A stretch of DNA of 64,000 bases from the human T2T-CHM13v2.0 reference genome, Homo sapiens: assembly GCF_009914755.1 (NCBI RefSeq), contig NC_060930.1; one strand, given 5' to 3'. A program made the translations under genes and the position numbers. Below, one piece after another: positions 39,801 to 51,800 of the stretch. The notes beneath the pieces are model-generated. The model did not search any database. It was not told the DNA's origin and saw only the letters and a program-made list of their open reading frames with translations. The first letter of the stretch is position 1; each line of letters starts with the position of its first letter.

Positions 39801-42800
39801 CTTAATATCCAGGTAGAAAGAGGATGATAATATTCTTAATATCGCAGGGGGTGTACAACCTTCCTATGATGTTTTTCCTAATATCCAGAAAGGGAATAAA
39901 TGATATCACTCCCAATATTGCAGGGGCTGGACACTCCCCCTGTGATATTGTTTCTAATATTCAGGGGAAAAAGATGATATTACTTCCAATGTCACAGGGT
40001 GTGTATGCTCCCACTGTGATATTGTTCCTAATATCCAGATTAGAAGAGGATAATATTGCTCCTAATATCGCAGGGGGTGTATGCCATTTCTGTGATATTG
40101 TTTTTAATATTCAGAGGGGGAGAGGATAATATTACTTCCAATTTCGCAGGGGGTGTACACCCCACTGTGATATTATTCATAATATCCAGGGGGGAAGAAG
40201 ATGATACTGCTTTCAATATTGCAGATAGTGTACAGCCTCCCTGTGATATTGTTCCTAATATCCAGGTGGGGAGAGGATGACATTACTCCCATTATCACAG
40301 AAAGTGTACACGTCCCCTGTTATATTATTCCTAACATTCAAGAGGAGAGACGATGATATTACTCCCAATATCAAGGGGGGTGGTCACCACCCCTGTAATA
40401 TTTTGTTAAATATCCAGAAGGGAGAAGATGTTATTACTCCCAATATGGCAAAGGGTGTACACCCTCTCAGTAATATTGTTCCTAACTTCCAGGGGGAGAG
40501 AGGATATTACTACTTTCAATGTCGCAAAAGGAGTACAACCTTTTTGTGATACTGTCCCTAATATCCAGGAAGGGACAAAATGATATTACTACAAATATTA
40601 TAGAGGGTGTCAAACCCCCCTGTGATATTGTTCCTAATATCCAGGGAAAGAGATAATGATATTACTTTCAATATCACAGGGCGGGCATACAGCTCCCTGT
40701 GATATTGTTCCTAATATCTAGAGGAAGGGAGGATGATATTACTCCTGATATTGCAGGGGGTGAACACCCTCCCTCTGACATTTTTTCCTTATATCCAGGA
40801 AGGAAGAGGATGATATTACTCTAATATGCAGTGGAAGAGAGGATGATATAACTCTCAATATTGCAGGAGGTGTAAACCCTCCTGTGATATAGTTCTTACT
40901 ATCCAGGCGGTAAGAGGATATTACTCCCAATGTTGGAGGGGTTGTACACCTCCCCTTGTGATATTGTTTATAATATCCAAAGGGAGAGAGCATACTATCA
41001 CTCTCAATATCGCAGGAGGTGTAAATCCAGTCTGTGATATTACTTCTAATATTCAGGGGGGAAGAGGATGATATTACTCTTAATATGATATTACCCTCAA
41101 TATCTCAATATTCACCCCTCTTGTGATATTGTTTCTTATATCCAGTTGGAAAGAGGATGATATTTCTATCAATGTCACAGGGGGTTACATGCCACCTGTG
41201 ATATTGTTTCTAATATCAAGGGGGGGTGGAGATTATGTTAACCCCAATATCGCAGAGTGTGTACACCCCTCCTGTGATATTGTTTCTAATATCCTGTGAA
41301 AGAAAGAATGATATCACTTGCAATATTCCATCGGTGTAAACCCCCTGTGGTATTGTTCCTAGTATCCAGGGGACGAGAGGATGATATTACTCCCAATATC
41401 ACAGGGGGTGTATATCCCCCTTTTGTGATATAGTTTCTAATATCCACGGGTGGATATGACAATATTACTGTTAATATCGCAGGGGGTGTATATTCACTCT
41501 GTGATATTTTTCCTAATATTCAGAGGGAAAGAGGATGATATTACTACCAATATTGCGGTGGTTGTACAAAGCCCCTGTAATATTTTTCCTAATATCCTGG
41601 AGGGGAAATGATAACATTATTCTCGATGTTGCAAGGGGTATGCACCCCTCTTTTGATTTTGTTCTTTATATCCAGGGAGAGGGAAAATCATATTACTCCC
41701 TATATAGCAGAAGGTGTACAACATTCCTGTAATATTGTTTTTAATATCCCAGGAAGGAGAAAATAATATTACTTTTAATAAAGCAAGTGGTTTACACACC
41801 CCCTGTGATATTGTTCTTAATGTCCACTGGAGAGGATATTACTTTTAATATCACAGACGGTGTACACCACTTTGTGATATTTTTCCTAATATCCAGGAGT
41901 GGAAAGGATAATATTCCTTCTAATATCACAGGCGCTGTTCACACCCCGTGTGATATTGTTTCTACTTTCCAGAATGGGGTAAGTAATATTACTCTCAATA
42001 TCGCAGGGAGTGTACACTCCCCCTGTGATATTGTTCCTAATATTCAAGAGATAAGAGGATGATATTACTCCCAATATTGCAGGGCGTGTACACTCCCCTG
42101 TGATATGGTTTATAATAACCAGGTTGGGAGAGGATGGTATTACTTGCAATATCGCATGGGGAGTACAAAACCCCTTTTGATATTTTTTCCTAATATACAA
42201 AGGCGAGAGGATAATATGATTCCAAATATCGAAGCAGTGTACACTCCCCCTTTGATATTTTTCATAATATTTAGGTGGAGAGAGGATGATATTACTTCCA
42301 ATATCCCAGGGGGTGTACACCTCCCTTTGATATTTTTCTTAATATCCGGGGGTGGATAGGATGATATTAATCTCAATATCCCAAGGAGGGAAAAGCCTCC
42401 TCTGTGATATTATTCTTAATATTTCGTTTGGGAGAAAATGATATTACTCCCAATATCGAAGGGGGTCTACACCCTCCCCCGGTGATATTGTTCCTAATAT
42501 CCAAGGGAAGAGAGGATGATATCACTTTCACTATCTCAGATGGTGTACAACCCTCCCGTGATATTGTTTCTAATATCCAAGCGGGGAGAATATGATACTA
42601 CTCCTAATATCAAAGGGGGTGTACAACCCCTTTGTAATATTGTTTCTAATATCCTGGGCGAAAAAGGATGATATTACTTTCAATAACGCAGTGGTTTTAC
42701 ACCCCCCGTGATATAGCTTCTATGATTTAGGGGGAAAGAAGATGATATTACCCCCAATATAGCAGGGGGTGTAATCTACCCCTGTGATATTGTTCCTAGT

Positions 42801-45571
42801 ATCCAGCAGGGGAGAGGATGATATCACTCCCAATATCGCAGGGTACGTACAACCTTCCTGTGATATTGTTTTTAATATCCGGGGGGAAAAATGATATCAC
42901 TTCCAAAATCGCAGGGGACGTACACCCCCTTTGTGATACTGTTCTTAATATCCAGGAATAAAGAGGATGGTATTATTTCCAATATCGCAGGTGGTGTACA
43001 CTCCTACTGTGATATTGTTCTTAATATCCAGAAGGGAAGAGGATGATATTGCTCCCATTATAGTAAGGGGTGTACACCCTTTCTCTGATATTGTTCCTAA
43101 TATTCAGGGGGGAAGCAGATAACCTTACTCCCAATATCGCAGAAGGTGTACACACCCCCTGTGATATTGTTCCTAATATCCAGTAAAAGAAAGGATGATA
43201 TTACTTTCAATATCACAGGGGAAGTACTTTCCCCCGTGATACTCTTTTAATATCCAGGGACACAGAAGATAATATGACTCCCAATATCGGAAGAGCTGTA
43301 TACCTTTTCCTGTCATATTGTTTCTAATATCCAGGGTGGAAGAGATAATAATATTGCTCTCAATATTGCAGAAGTGTACACTCTTCCTGTGATATTATTC
43401 CTAATATCAAAAAGGAGAGAGGATGATATTATTCCCAATATCGCAGGGCATGTACACTTCCCTGTGATATTGTTTTTAATATCCAGGTTGGGAGATGATG
43501 ATATTGCCTGCAATATCGCATGGGGTGTACACCCCCCCGTGATATTGTTCCTAATATACAGTGAGGGAAAGAATGATATTACTCCCAGTATCGCAGGGAG
43601 GGTCCCCTCCACCCGTGAGAATGTTCCTAATATAAAGGGAGCTAGAGTATGATATTACTTTCAATATCGTAGAGGGTGTACACCCCTTCTGTGATATTGT
43701 TCCTAATATCCAGGGGGGAGAAGATAATATTTCTCCCAATATCGTAGGTGGTGTACACCCCTTAGGTGATATTGCTCCTAATATCCTATGGTTAAGTGGC
43801 TGCTATTACTACCAACATCGCAGAAGTGAACATCCCCCTGTGATATTGTTGCTAACATCCAGGAAGGGAAAAAATGATATCACTCCAGTATCCCAGAGGG
43901 TGTTAACTCCTTCTGTGATATTGTTTCTAATATCCAGGGAAGGAGCGGATGATATTACTCCCAATATCGCAGGGAGTGTTCTCCCCCCCATGATATTTTT
44001 CCTAATATCTAGAAGAAGAGAGGATGATATTACTCCCAATATTGAAGTGAGTGTACACCCGCTTGGTGATACTGTTCCTAATATCAAGGGTGGAAGAGGA
44101 TGATATTTCTCACAATATCGCAAGGGGTGTACACTCCTCCTGAAATATTGTTTCTAATATTCAGGGGAGAAGAGGATAATGTTACTGTCAATATCACAGA
44201 GGGTTTACACGCCCCCTGTGATATTGTTCCTAATATCAAGGATGGGAGAGGATGATATTACTCCCAATATCGTATGGAGTGTACACCCTTCCCGCCCCAG
44301 GAGGTTGTTTCTAGTATCCAGTGGAAGAGAGAATGATACAACTCCCAATATCGCAGGAGGTGTAAACCCTCCTGTCATATTGTTATTAATATCCAGGCAG
44401 TAAGAGGATGATATTACTCCCAATATCGTAGGGGGTGTACACTCCCCTTTGTGATATTGTTTCTAATATCTATGGGGGGAAGAGGATAATATTACTCTCA
44501 ATATCGCAGAAGGTGTACACCCACCCTCTGATATTAGTCCTGATACTCAGGGAGGAAGAGGATGATATTACTTTCAATATTGCAGGAAATGTAGACCCCT
44601 CCCCTGTGATATTGTTTTTCATATCCAGGAGGGGAGATAATATTATTACTGTCAATATTGGAGGGGGTGTACACCCCCAGTGTGATATTTTTCCAAACAT
44701 TAGTGAGGGAGAGAGGATATTGGGAGTAATATCCCAATATCGCAGCAGGTGTACAACTTTCCTGTGATATTGTTTTTAATATCGGGGGGCGAGAGGGTGA
44801 TATGACTCCCAACATCACAAGTGGTGTATATCCCCCAATAATATTGTTCCTAATACCCAGACGGAGAGAGGATGATATTACTCCCAATATCGCAGAAGGT
44901 TTACACACCCGTTGTGATATTGTTCCTAATTTTCAGTGGAGAGAATGATATTACTTTCAATATCACAGGGGCTGTACACCCCTCTGTGATATTCCTCCTA
45001 ATATCCAGGAGGGGAGAGGATAATGTTGCCCCCAGGCAAGCAGAGGCTGTACCCCAGCTTCTTGTGATATTATTTCTAATATTTTGGGGGGAAATATGAC
45101 ATTATTCTCAATATCGCAGGAGGTGTACACTCCCCCTGTGATATTGTTTCTAATATTTAGGAGAAGAGAGGATGATATTACTCCCAATATCGCACAGCGT
45201 GTACACTCTCCTCTGATATTGTTTTTATTATCCAGGTTGAGAGAGGATGATATTACCTGCAATATCACACGGGGTGTGCAAACCCCCTGTGATATTGTTC
45301 TCAATATGTAGGCGAAAGAGGGTGATATTATTCCTAATATCGTGGGGAGTTTACACCCCCCTGTGATATCGTTTTTATTATGAAGGGAGGAAAGTATGAT
45401 ATTACTTTCAATATCACAGAAAATTTACACCCTTTTTGATATTTTTCCTAATACCCAGAGGAAGAGAGAATGATATTATTTTCAATATCGCAGGGGTTGT
45501 ATACTCTCTCTGTGGCATTGTTCCTAACACACGGGGGGCGGGGAGAAGATGATATGACTCCTAATGTTGCA
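30833..45571 (+). repeat. Satellite orientation block 5
   Basis: + monomers from GTGATATGGTTTGTAGTATCCAG (30835) to the array end. Confidence 0.9.
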
Positions 45572-47044
45572 TGAAATTGAGCTATAACTTTCAATCAGAT
45601 GGCATCTTACAGTTGAAGATGTTTCACCATTACTGTTGGGCAGGCAACAATCTCATGAATTTTTCATTACTAGAGCAGCTCACATAGTAGATACTTCAAT
45701 AACAAATCCTGCCTACTATGTTCCAATTTGTAAAACTACACAATCCGTGATAATAAAGTAATCTATTAACCTTTAGAAACAAAATGATAGTGAGAAAGAG
45801 ATGAGAAATGTAGTGATTACGAATGCTTATGAACAGTACTGTAACAGAAATCAAAAGTAGGCTAACTCTAGGTAATTGCAAAGCCTGCTAGCTCTGCACA
45901 ATTGTAAAATCTGTTTTAGAGCACACACTGCCAAGTTTAATATTTTATGGAACTTTTAAAAAAACTCCTGCATCACCAATACATTTGATAACAGAACAGA
46001 CCATCTGGTGTGAAAAAATCACAATCATTGTCTGTGAGTTGAAAAAATAATTTAGCCTCTGAATGTTAACAATTTAGCATCACGTTAAACAATTTAGTTG
46101 CTTATTTTCCTTTTTATGTATGCACAAAAGTGTATAATGAAATTTGTGTTAAACTAAGCTTAAAAGATCTCCTTAAAAATATAAAAATTTCTAAGCAATA
46201 ACAAAACATGTTTCATTGTTTAACTGAAGGGTGTTTATTCTTTGAAAGAATGATGCTTCATACAGTCTAGTCTGGCTTAAATTTTAAAACATATGGTATT
46301 CAATTTGCTGTCTTCAATTTAAGTGAAAAGTTTGTTGTTGTTGTTTGCCTATAGTTTTCACCACTTTTCCCTTTTAAGCGCCCTGTTTTATATAGTTTTA
46401 ACTATATTGCAACCAATTAAATTTATTAGGGTACATTCCAATCGCTTTTCTTATGTGGCTCTGCTTTCTCTCTCCTAAAATATTTTAAAGTGTAGTTCAA
46501 GAGATCTAAATAATTCTAGCTTTATTTACTTTATTGCCCTCATGGCTCTTTTGCAAACAAACACAAATATCTAATATGCTGTGTCATACTTTACCTTCAT
46601 TTTTTTCCTTCCTGACACTTGGTTCCTATTTCAAACAAATATTCTCAATAGAAGTGACTAAAGATTAACTTATTCTGAAATGCAATTTGAAAACACAGAA
46701 AAGTTAAAAAGGTCAAATATGCACATTCTAGAATTTCTCATGATAAGAAATGATAATTCAAGAAGTATCACCATGGTCAGAAAAAAAAAACGTAATGTAG
46801 GTAATGATACTTGAGACAATCAGAAATCAAGACCCATTCAAGCTTTTTTTGAGCATAGAGTGGAATAATACAAGTAGCATTTTAGGAAGATTGTTTTTTA
46901 AGTACAATCCCTAATAAATTGAACAGACAACTTAAAATAATAAATCCAATTAGAAAATATTTTTATATTCTAGGGATAAAGTAATCAGATACCCATATTA
47001 GGAGAGTGACATCACGACAACCATAGCAACTGAAATATCAGGTA

Positions 47045-47210
47045 TTATTTATTGAGCATTCACCATGTACCAGCCACACAGTGCCAGGCACTTTTAAAAG
47101 TGGTGTTAATGAATCATCTTATTTTATATTAAATAATCCTATGATGCAAGTACTATTATTCTTTTTAATTTATAAGTGAGGAAACAGTCTTAGAGAGATT
47201 AGTAACCTGA
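47045..47210 (-). mobile_element. MIR SINE fragment
   Basis: TTATTGAGCATTCACCATGTAC...GTGCCAGGCAC...TACTATTATT...TAAGTGAGGAAACAGTCTTAGAGAGATTAGTAACCTG resembles the MIR core, antisense. Confidence 0.75.
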
Positions 47211-47289
47211 CGTGCTTCTCCATGGGAAAGAAGAGATAAGGCGTCATAGAAACTAAAGTAACCTGTGGGTAATTGGAATTGGGTAAGCA

Positions 47290-47580
47290 GCTTAACATGG
47301 AATCAAATTATCAGGAGATTAGAAATCCTGAGCTACTAGATTAAAAATAAAAATTAAATCCCTGAGTTTGAGAGAAAAAAAAAAGAAAAAGAGAGCCTCT
47401 GGGTAGGAAATGGAGAAGGCATGAGGAAGGATCATAAGAAGCCAAAAAGGAGACTGAAAAGGCATTCAAACTAGGTGGGTGTGAACAAGCCCATTGGAAA
47501 CTGAAAGGCAGAGAGTTTTAACATTGTAGATGTAATTACTAATATCATAAATAGAAAGAAAAGAAAGATAAAGACAGAAG
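47290..47580 (-). mobile_element. Probable old L2 fragment
   Basis: GAAGCCAAAAAGGAGACTGAAAAGG...GGAAACTGAAAGGCAGAGAGTTTT resembles antisense L2; highly diverged. Confidence 0.4.
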
Positions 47581-47699
47581 AATAGTAGTTCAGAGAGGAG
47601 TTCTTCATTACACAAATGTGTCTAATTTTTACATTGGTGAGCATATTCCCATTAAAGAAAACTCGCCTTCAGGAAGACCAGAATTTTTTATGTTCTAAG

Positions 47700-47845
47700 T
47701 CAAGCCAAAGATAGAAAGAAGAAAACTTAGAAACAGATGAAAAATAAGAGAAGGAGGGAATAAAACAGTAAAAGAAGGAATGAAAGCATGTGCAAAAGCA
47801 GAAAAGGGAGGGAGGGAAGAAGGAAGGGAGAAAGGGGGAGACGGC
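47700..47845. repeat. Purine-rich (GGAA/GGGA) low-complexity tract
   Basis: GAAAAGGGAGGGAGGGAAGAAGGAAGGGAGAAAGGGGGAG. Confidence 0.7.
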
Positions 47846-49629
47846 CCAAAGAAGGATTATTTGTTTTTCTATTCTATATACATTTCTGTTGATTAAAGTT
47901 TTGTCACATATTTTATGTATATATCATCAAAAGATTAATATCAGCATTAAGTAATATATTTAATAATTTATAGTATAATAAAATTATGAGTCTCTATTCA
48001 GTATGGAGTTTGGACTAACAATGCTTTTATTAAAGCAACAATTTAATTTAAAAAACTAACCATTTTCTTCATTTAATGGAAAAAAGAGCTTAAAAGCATA
48101 AGAGGTTTATTTGTCTTCCTTGCAAAATGAGTGAAGAGTTTAATTTATATTTCCTTAAATTATAGTGAAACACACAGTACGCTTAGTGTGCTGGTCTAGT
48201 AAGTTTTACTCTAGGCTGATCATAAACCTTGTTAGTCGTTCTCAACTGAGCACAGTTCAATATGCAGCAATATTTAACTATAAAAGTTGATTTGGTAAAC
48301 AAACAAACCAAAAAAACACAATATCCAACGGAGAGAGAGAAAGACTAGTCAATATAGAGTAAATTAACATCCAAAGGGTGTCTGGGTACTTAGGCAAGTA
48401 AAATTTCAAAAGAAATATCCAAAATGTGTAAATAAATACAAATTCAGAAACAAATTATGAAGGAAGAATAACTATATGAATTACTTCTCTATACAATATA
48501 TGAGAAACTTAATAGACTGATAGTTTACAAAAACAGAAAAATAAGAAAGTGAATTATTTGTGTGAAAAATATAAGGCAATGCTGGCTTTTATTTGGAAGA
48601 GGCACTACTGACAGTGATTAGGACTGGAGTAGCCGGCGTGACTAGAAGAGTCTTTTATAACCCAACAGGCCATTCTGCTCTGTGTACTTAGGAAAAATGT
48701 AGCAGGAGAAGGAATTATTATTGTCCTTAGAGTTTTTGTGCCAAGATTCATTATATCTTGCACCGCCCCCCTCTGTACCACTTTCTGCCCAGGTTTCTCA
48801 AGATACCTTCTGTTGAATGTGCTGTAGATTATTCTTAAAGTCTTTGTCTTTCTTGTTGTTGTTATACTGCGATAGATTCTTCCAGAACAGAAACAGCAGT
48901 GTGGATATCTCTTTAACATGAAGGATGATCCCAACATAACTTCTGTAATCTGAAGGCTTTTTGGATATCCTGCTCAGTAGCATTCGACTCTTCTCCTTTT
49001 TAAAGGTAAGGTATCTGCCTAGTCAGCTCCTTAGAGTCCTTCTTCTAACTGGTGACCAGAGCCTGATTGAGACACTTGTGTTTTATGGGACTAGTCTTAT
49101 CTTGACCTTGAGAAAGAGACAGCTGATGGTAAGGGATTTATCATGATTGAATCTGAGGACATGAGGTATTTATTACATTCCAAAGATAATTAATATATTC
49201 AATGGTACATTTCAAATTATTTTCACAGAACCACTAAGTGTAGTCAATCTTTGGCTTTGAAGGAGATGACTAGTTCAGACAAATTTATAAGATTGTAGTA
49301 AAGGAAAATCTATGTTAGATATCCCTTAAAATGTCTCAGTGTTGACTTAGCTGTTTTGCAAATAAATCTATGCTATTTTAATACATTTTAGGTCATTTGA
49401 GATTTCTTGTGTAAGCCTAAACTATCTCCATTTAATGTCTCATTTCTACATGTATAGAACAGAATAAAGACTTGCATGAAAACCCTTCAACATTTGAAGA
49501 CAGCTACATTTCCTTGGAATCTTCTTTCTGACAGACTTATTCCTTCCATTTCCCTCCCATACCATATCCTGAAGGATTCCTCATTATCTCTTTCATGGCT
49601 TTCAGCATCCTGACTATTCCTATCTAGAC

Positions 49630-50219
49630 CAGTGCATCTCAATTTTGGTCGCACATTAGAATTACCTTCTTAAAAATCCCAGAGCCCAGGCCCCACCCTG
49701 AATTAGCTAAACAAAAATCTCTGGGGAGACAATTGTGAACAAAAGTTCCTTCAAGGGAAATGTGGACAAAAGACACTTTATTCCAGTGAACAGTTTACAC
49801 ACTAGGGAGACACAGCTTTCACATAAAATGAAGATGCATTTCAGAGAAACAAAGGAGAATCTGGATTTTATAGCAAATGTGTCCATAAAGGTTCCCAATC
49901 AAGTCTGTTTATGCAAATGAAGGATTCAAACTTGCTTAGTTCTAATTGGTAAACATAGCTAAGCTCTGATTGGATGGAGCAGGTAAGCTCTGATTGATTC
50001 CAAAATCAGAAGTCTCTGTCAGATGTTTCTTTGAAACAGCTAGTGGAGGTGAGAGAGGTCCCATCCCAGCTATAGCCACGTGGTTCTATTTTAACTCAGC
50101 CACAGGGAGTCCATTTTATCTATTGGCTGGGACATATAGGGCGTTCTTTGACAGAATCAAGGCATCAGTATTTTAAAATCACAAATAATTCTAATGTGCA
50201 GCCAAGGTTGAAACTGCTG
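49630..50219. mobile_element. MER5A hAT-Charlie MITE, split by an LTR insertion (halves ~49630-49733 and ~50154-50219)
   Basis: CAGTGCATCTCAATTTTGGTCGCACATTAGAATTACC... and ...TTCTAATGTGCAGCCAAGGTTGAAACTGCTG form terminal inverted repeats. Flanks ATCTAGAC/TTCTAGAT match the NTCTAGAN 8-bp hAT target. Confidence 0.8.
49734..50153 (-). mobile_element. Solo ERV LTR, LTR47-like (family tentative), 420 bp
   Basis: Minus strand runs TGTCAAAG...CTTTTGTTCACA. It has CCAAT boxes (49945-49949, 49969-49973), octamer ATTTGCAT (49911-49918), a TATA-like CTATAAAA (49866-49873) and AATAAA (49777-49782). Imperfect flanks CAAT/GAAT. Confidence 0.7.
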
Positions 50220-50619
50220 TTCTAGATGTGCCTTAGTTTACAAATTCTGCTTTAAAAATCTGGCATTCTAAATTGCTATGGCAATGTATTTTAGGACTTT
50301 CTACTCCAGAAACCTTAGCATGCATTTAGAAATAAAAATTACATTTCTTTTAGTAGAATTCAAGTAAGAAACAAATGTTTGATAAAAAGGAATCCTTCCA
50401 AATCTTGCTTTTTAAATTGTAATCTTCCTCACCATTCTTTATCCAACTTTTTTTACCCCTATATCCACTTTCTCTGGGGGATCTCATCTGCTCCTGTGAA
50501 TTCAGGTACCTTCTATCAACAAACTTCTGAAATCCAAACTCTCATATCCAATCTATATATCGTGTTAAAGGGTAACTTTCAAAAAAGAGTAAGATTGTGA
50601 CTCTCAAACAGATAAAAAT

Positions 50620-50986
50620 TGTATTACCTTGTTTGCACATTGATGTAAAGAAATAACTGTGACTAGGCAATTTAAAGAGACAAGAGGTTTAATTGGTTCA
50701 TAGTTCCACAGGCTGTACAGGAAGCATGGCTAGGGAGGCCTCAGGAAACTTACAATCACGGCCGAAAGCAAAGGGGAAACGGCTGGAGCCGTGGGAAGAG
50801 AGAGAAGAGGGAGGTACTCCACACTTTTAAACAACCAGATCTCATGCGAACTCACTCACAATCATAAGAATAGCAAGAGTGAAATCTGCCCTCATGATCC
50901 AATCACCTCCCACCAGGCCCCTCCTCCAACATTTGGGATTACAATTTGACATAAGATTTGGGCGGGGACACAATCCAAACCATATA
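50620..50986 (-). mobile_element. MSTA-type MaLR solo LTR
   Basis: TGTATTA...GAGGTTTAATTGGTTCATAGTTCCACAGGCTGTACAGGAAGCATGG...CAAACCATATA. TSD AAAAT at 50615-50619 and 50987-50991. Confidence 0.88.
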
Positions 50987-51374
50987 AAAATGAACCTGCG
51001 TTAAAGAGTTTTTACTCATGAGGGAACCAGAGGGAAGCAAATTTATATAGCATAAAGTTATATTGATATCAATGTGCAAATAGAGGTTAAACTGTTTTTC
51101 CATGAGGATGGGGAAGCTGGAGGTGGGAAGGCATTTGAATTTCTACCAGATATGACAGAATCTGCCTGTTAATCATTTACCTATAATTTACAGAGTTGCA
51201 AAATAACTAAAAGACAATGTACAGGGCTAAAATTTTATAGCTTAAAGGGTGTGCACTATGTAGACAATGCATAGTATTTCATGATTACACACATTTTAAA
51301 TATCAGAATATTAAATTTTGAGGAAGTGAACTCATTATTTTCTCACTCTTCCTTGAATCCTTTACTAAAACTCC

Positions 51375-51475
51375 CTTCGAAAACATTGTGTTATTTTCCA
51401 TTATATCACCAGTGCACAACATAGTACTTGCTACATAGTAAGACTTCAAAAATGTGGAATAGATAAATAAATATA
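51375..51475 (+). mobile_element. L2 3' end fragment
   Basis: TATATCACCAGTGCACAACATAGTACTTGCTACATAGTAAGACTTCAAAAATGTGGAATAGATAAATAAAT is a typical L2 tail. Confidence 0.6.
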
Positions 51476-51730
51476 AAATGCAGTCTAAAATCACTAACAT
51501 ATACCTAATCTATAACCATATTTCACCATTCTTCTCCTAGTTTGTTCTTGTTCAAGTAAAATATATAAAATGAACAACCATTTACACTCCCTCAAAATTA
51601 ATAATAACTGCTTGTTTGAATAAGCAAATGGCTTTTCTATGACCAATTAAAAGGAAAGCTGATAGTTTTATACAGAACAGGTATTGAAGAGTAGGGTTTG
51701 ACTGGAAGGAGTTTAAGTTTCAAATTCTCT

Positions 51731-51800
51731 TAGTAGAATTTTCTACATAGTAGAAAATTTCTAATACATAGTAGAATTACATAGTAGAATTTTCTAACAT
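51731..51800. repeat. Short local tandem duplication of (ACA)TAGTAGAA(TT), 4 copies
   Basis: TAGTAGAATTTTCTACATAGTAGAAAATTTCTAATACATAGTAGAATTACATAGTAGAATTTTCTAACAT. Confidence 0.8.

Larger units (their letters stand above)
1..45571. repeat. SATR1/SATR2-type satellite array, ~75-bp monomer, roughly 600 diverged copies; runs off the left edge
   Basis: Continuous repetition of GATATTACTCCCAATATCGCAGGGGGTGTACACCCCCTGTGATATTGTTCCTAATATCCAGG plus a purine tract. The ORF track shows a 25-aa period (DDITPNIAGGVHPPVILFLISRGGE), equal to 75 bp. The array ends abruptly at ...CTAATGTTGCA (~45,571). Family name is from recall of primate SATR consensus. Confidence 0.9.

Noticed and set aside
15-45311. Hundreds of 60-190 aa ORFs with repeated ILFLISR/DDITPNIAGGVHPP motifs
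   Set aside because: They are translations of a 75-bp (3n) satellite on both strands, with constant frameshifts and stops and no gene structure.
1-45571. CRISPR-like appearance (palindromic repeat plus variable segment)
   Set aside because: The variable parts are homologous, short purine tracts rather than unique spacers. There are no cas genes, and the context is primate DNA (Alu, THE1, MER41).
1-45571. GCAGGGGGTG in each monomer as a CTCF site array
   Set aside because: It lacks the 5' CC(A/G) and 3' GC of the core motif; the resemblance is only partial.
48605-49146. ORFs of 110, 61 and 61 aa in unique sequence
   Set aside because: No recognisable protein similarity, non-ATG or weak starts, and lengths expected by chance.
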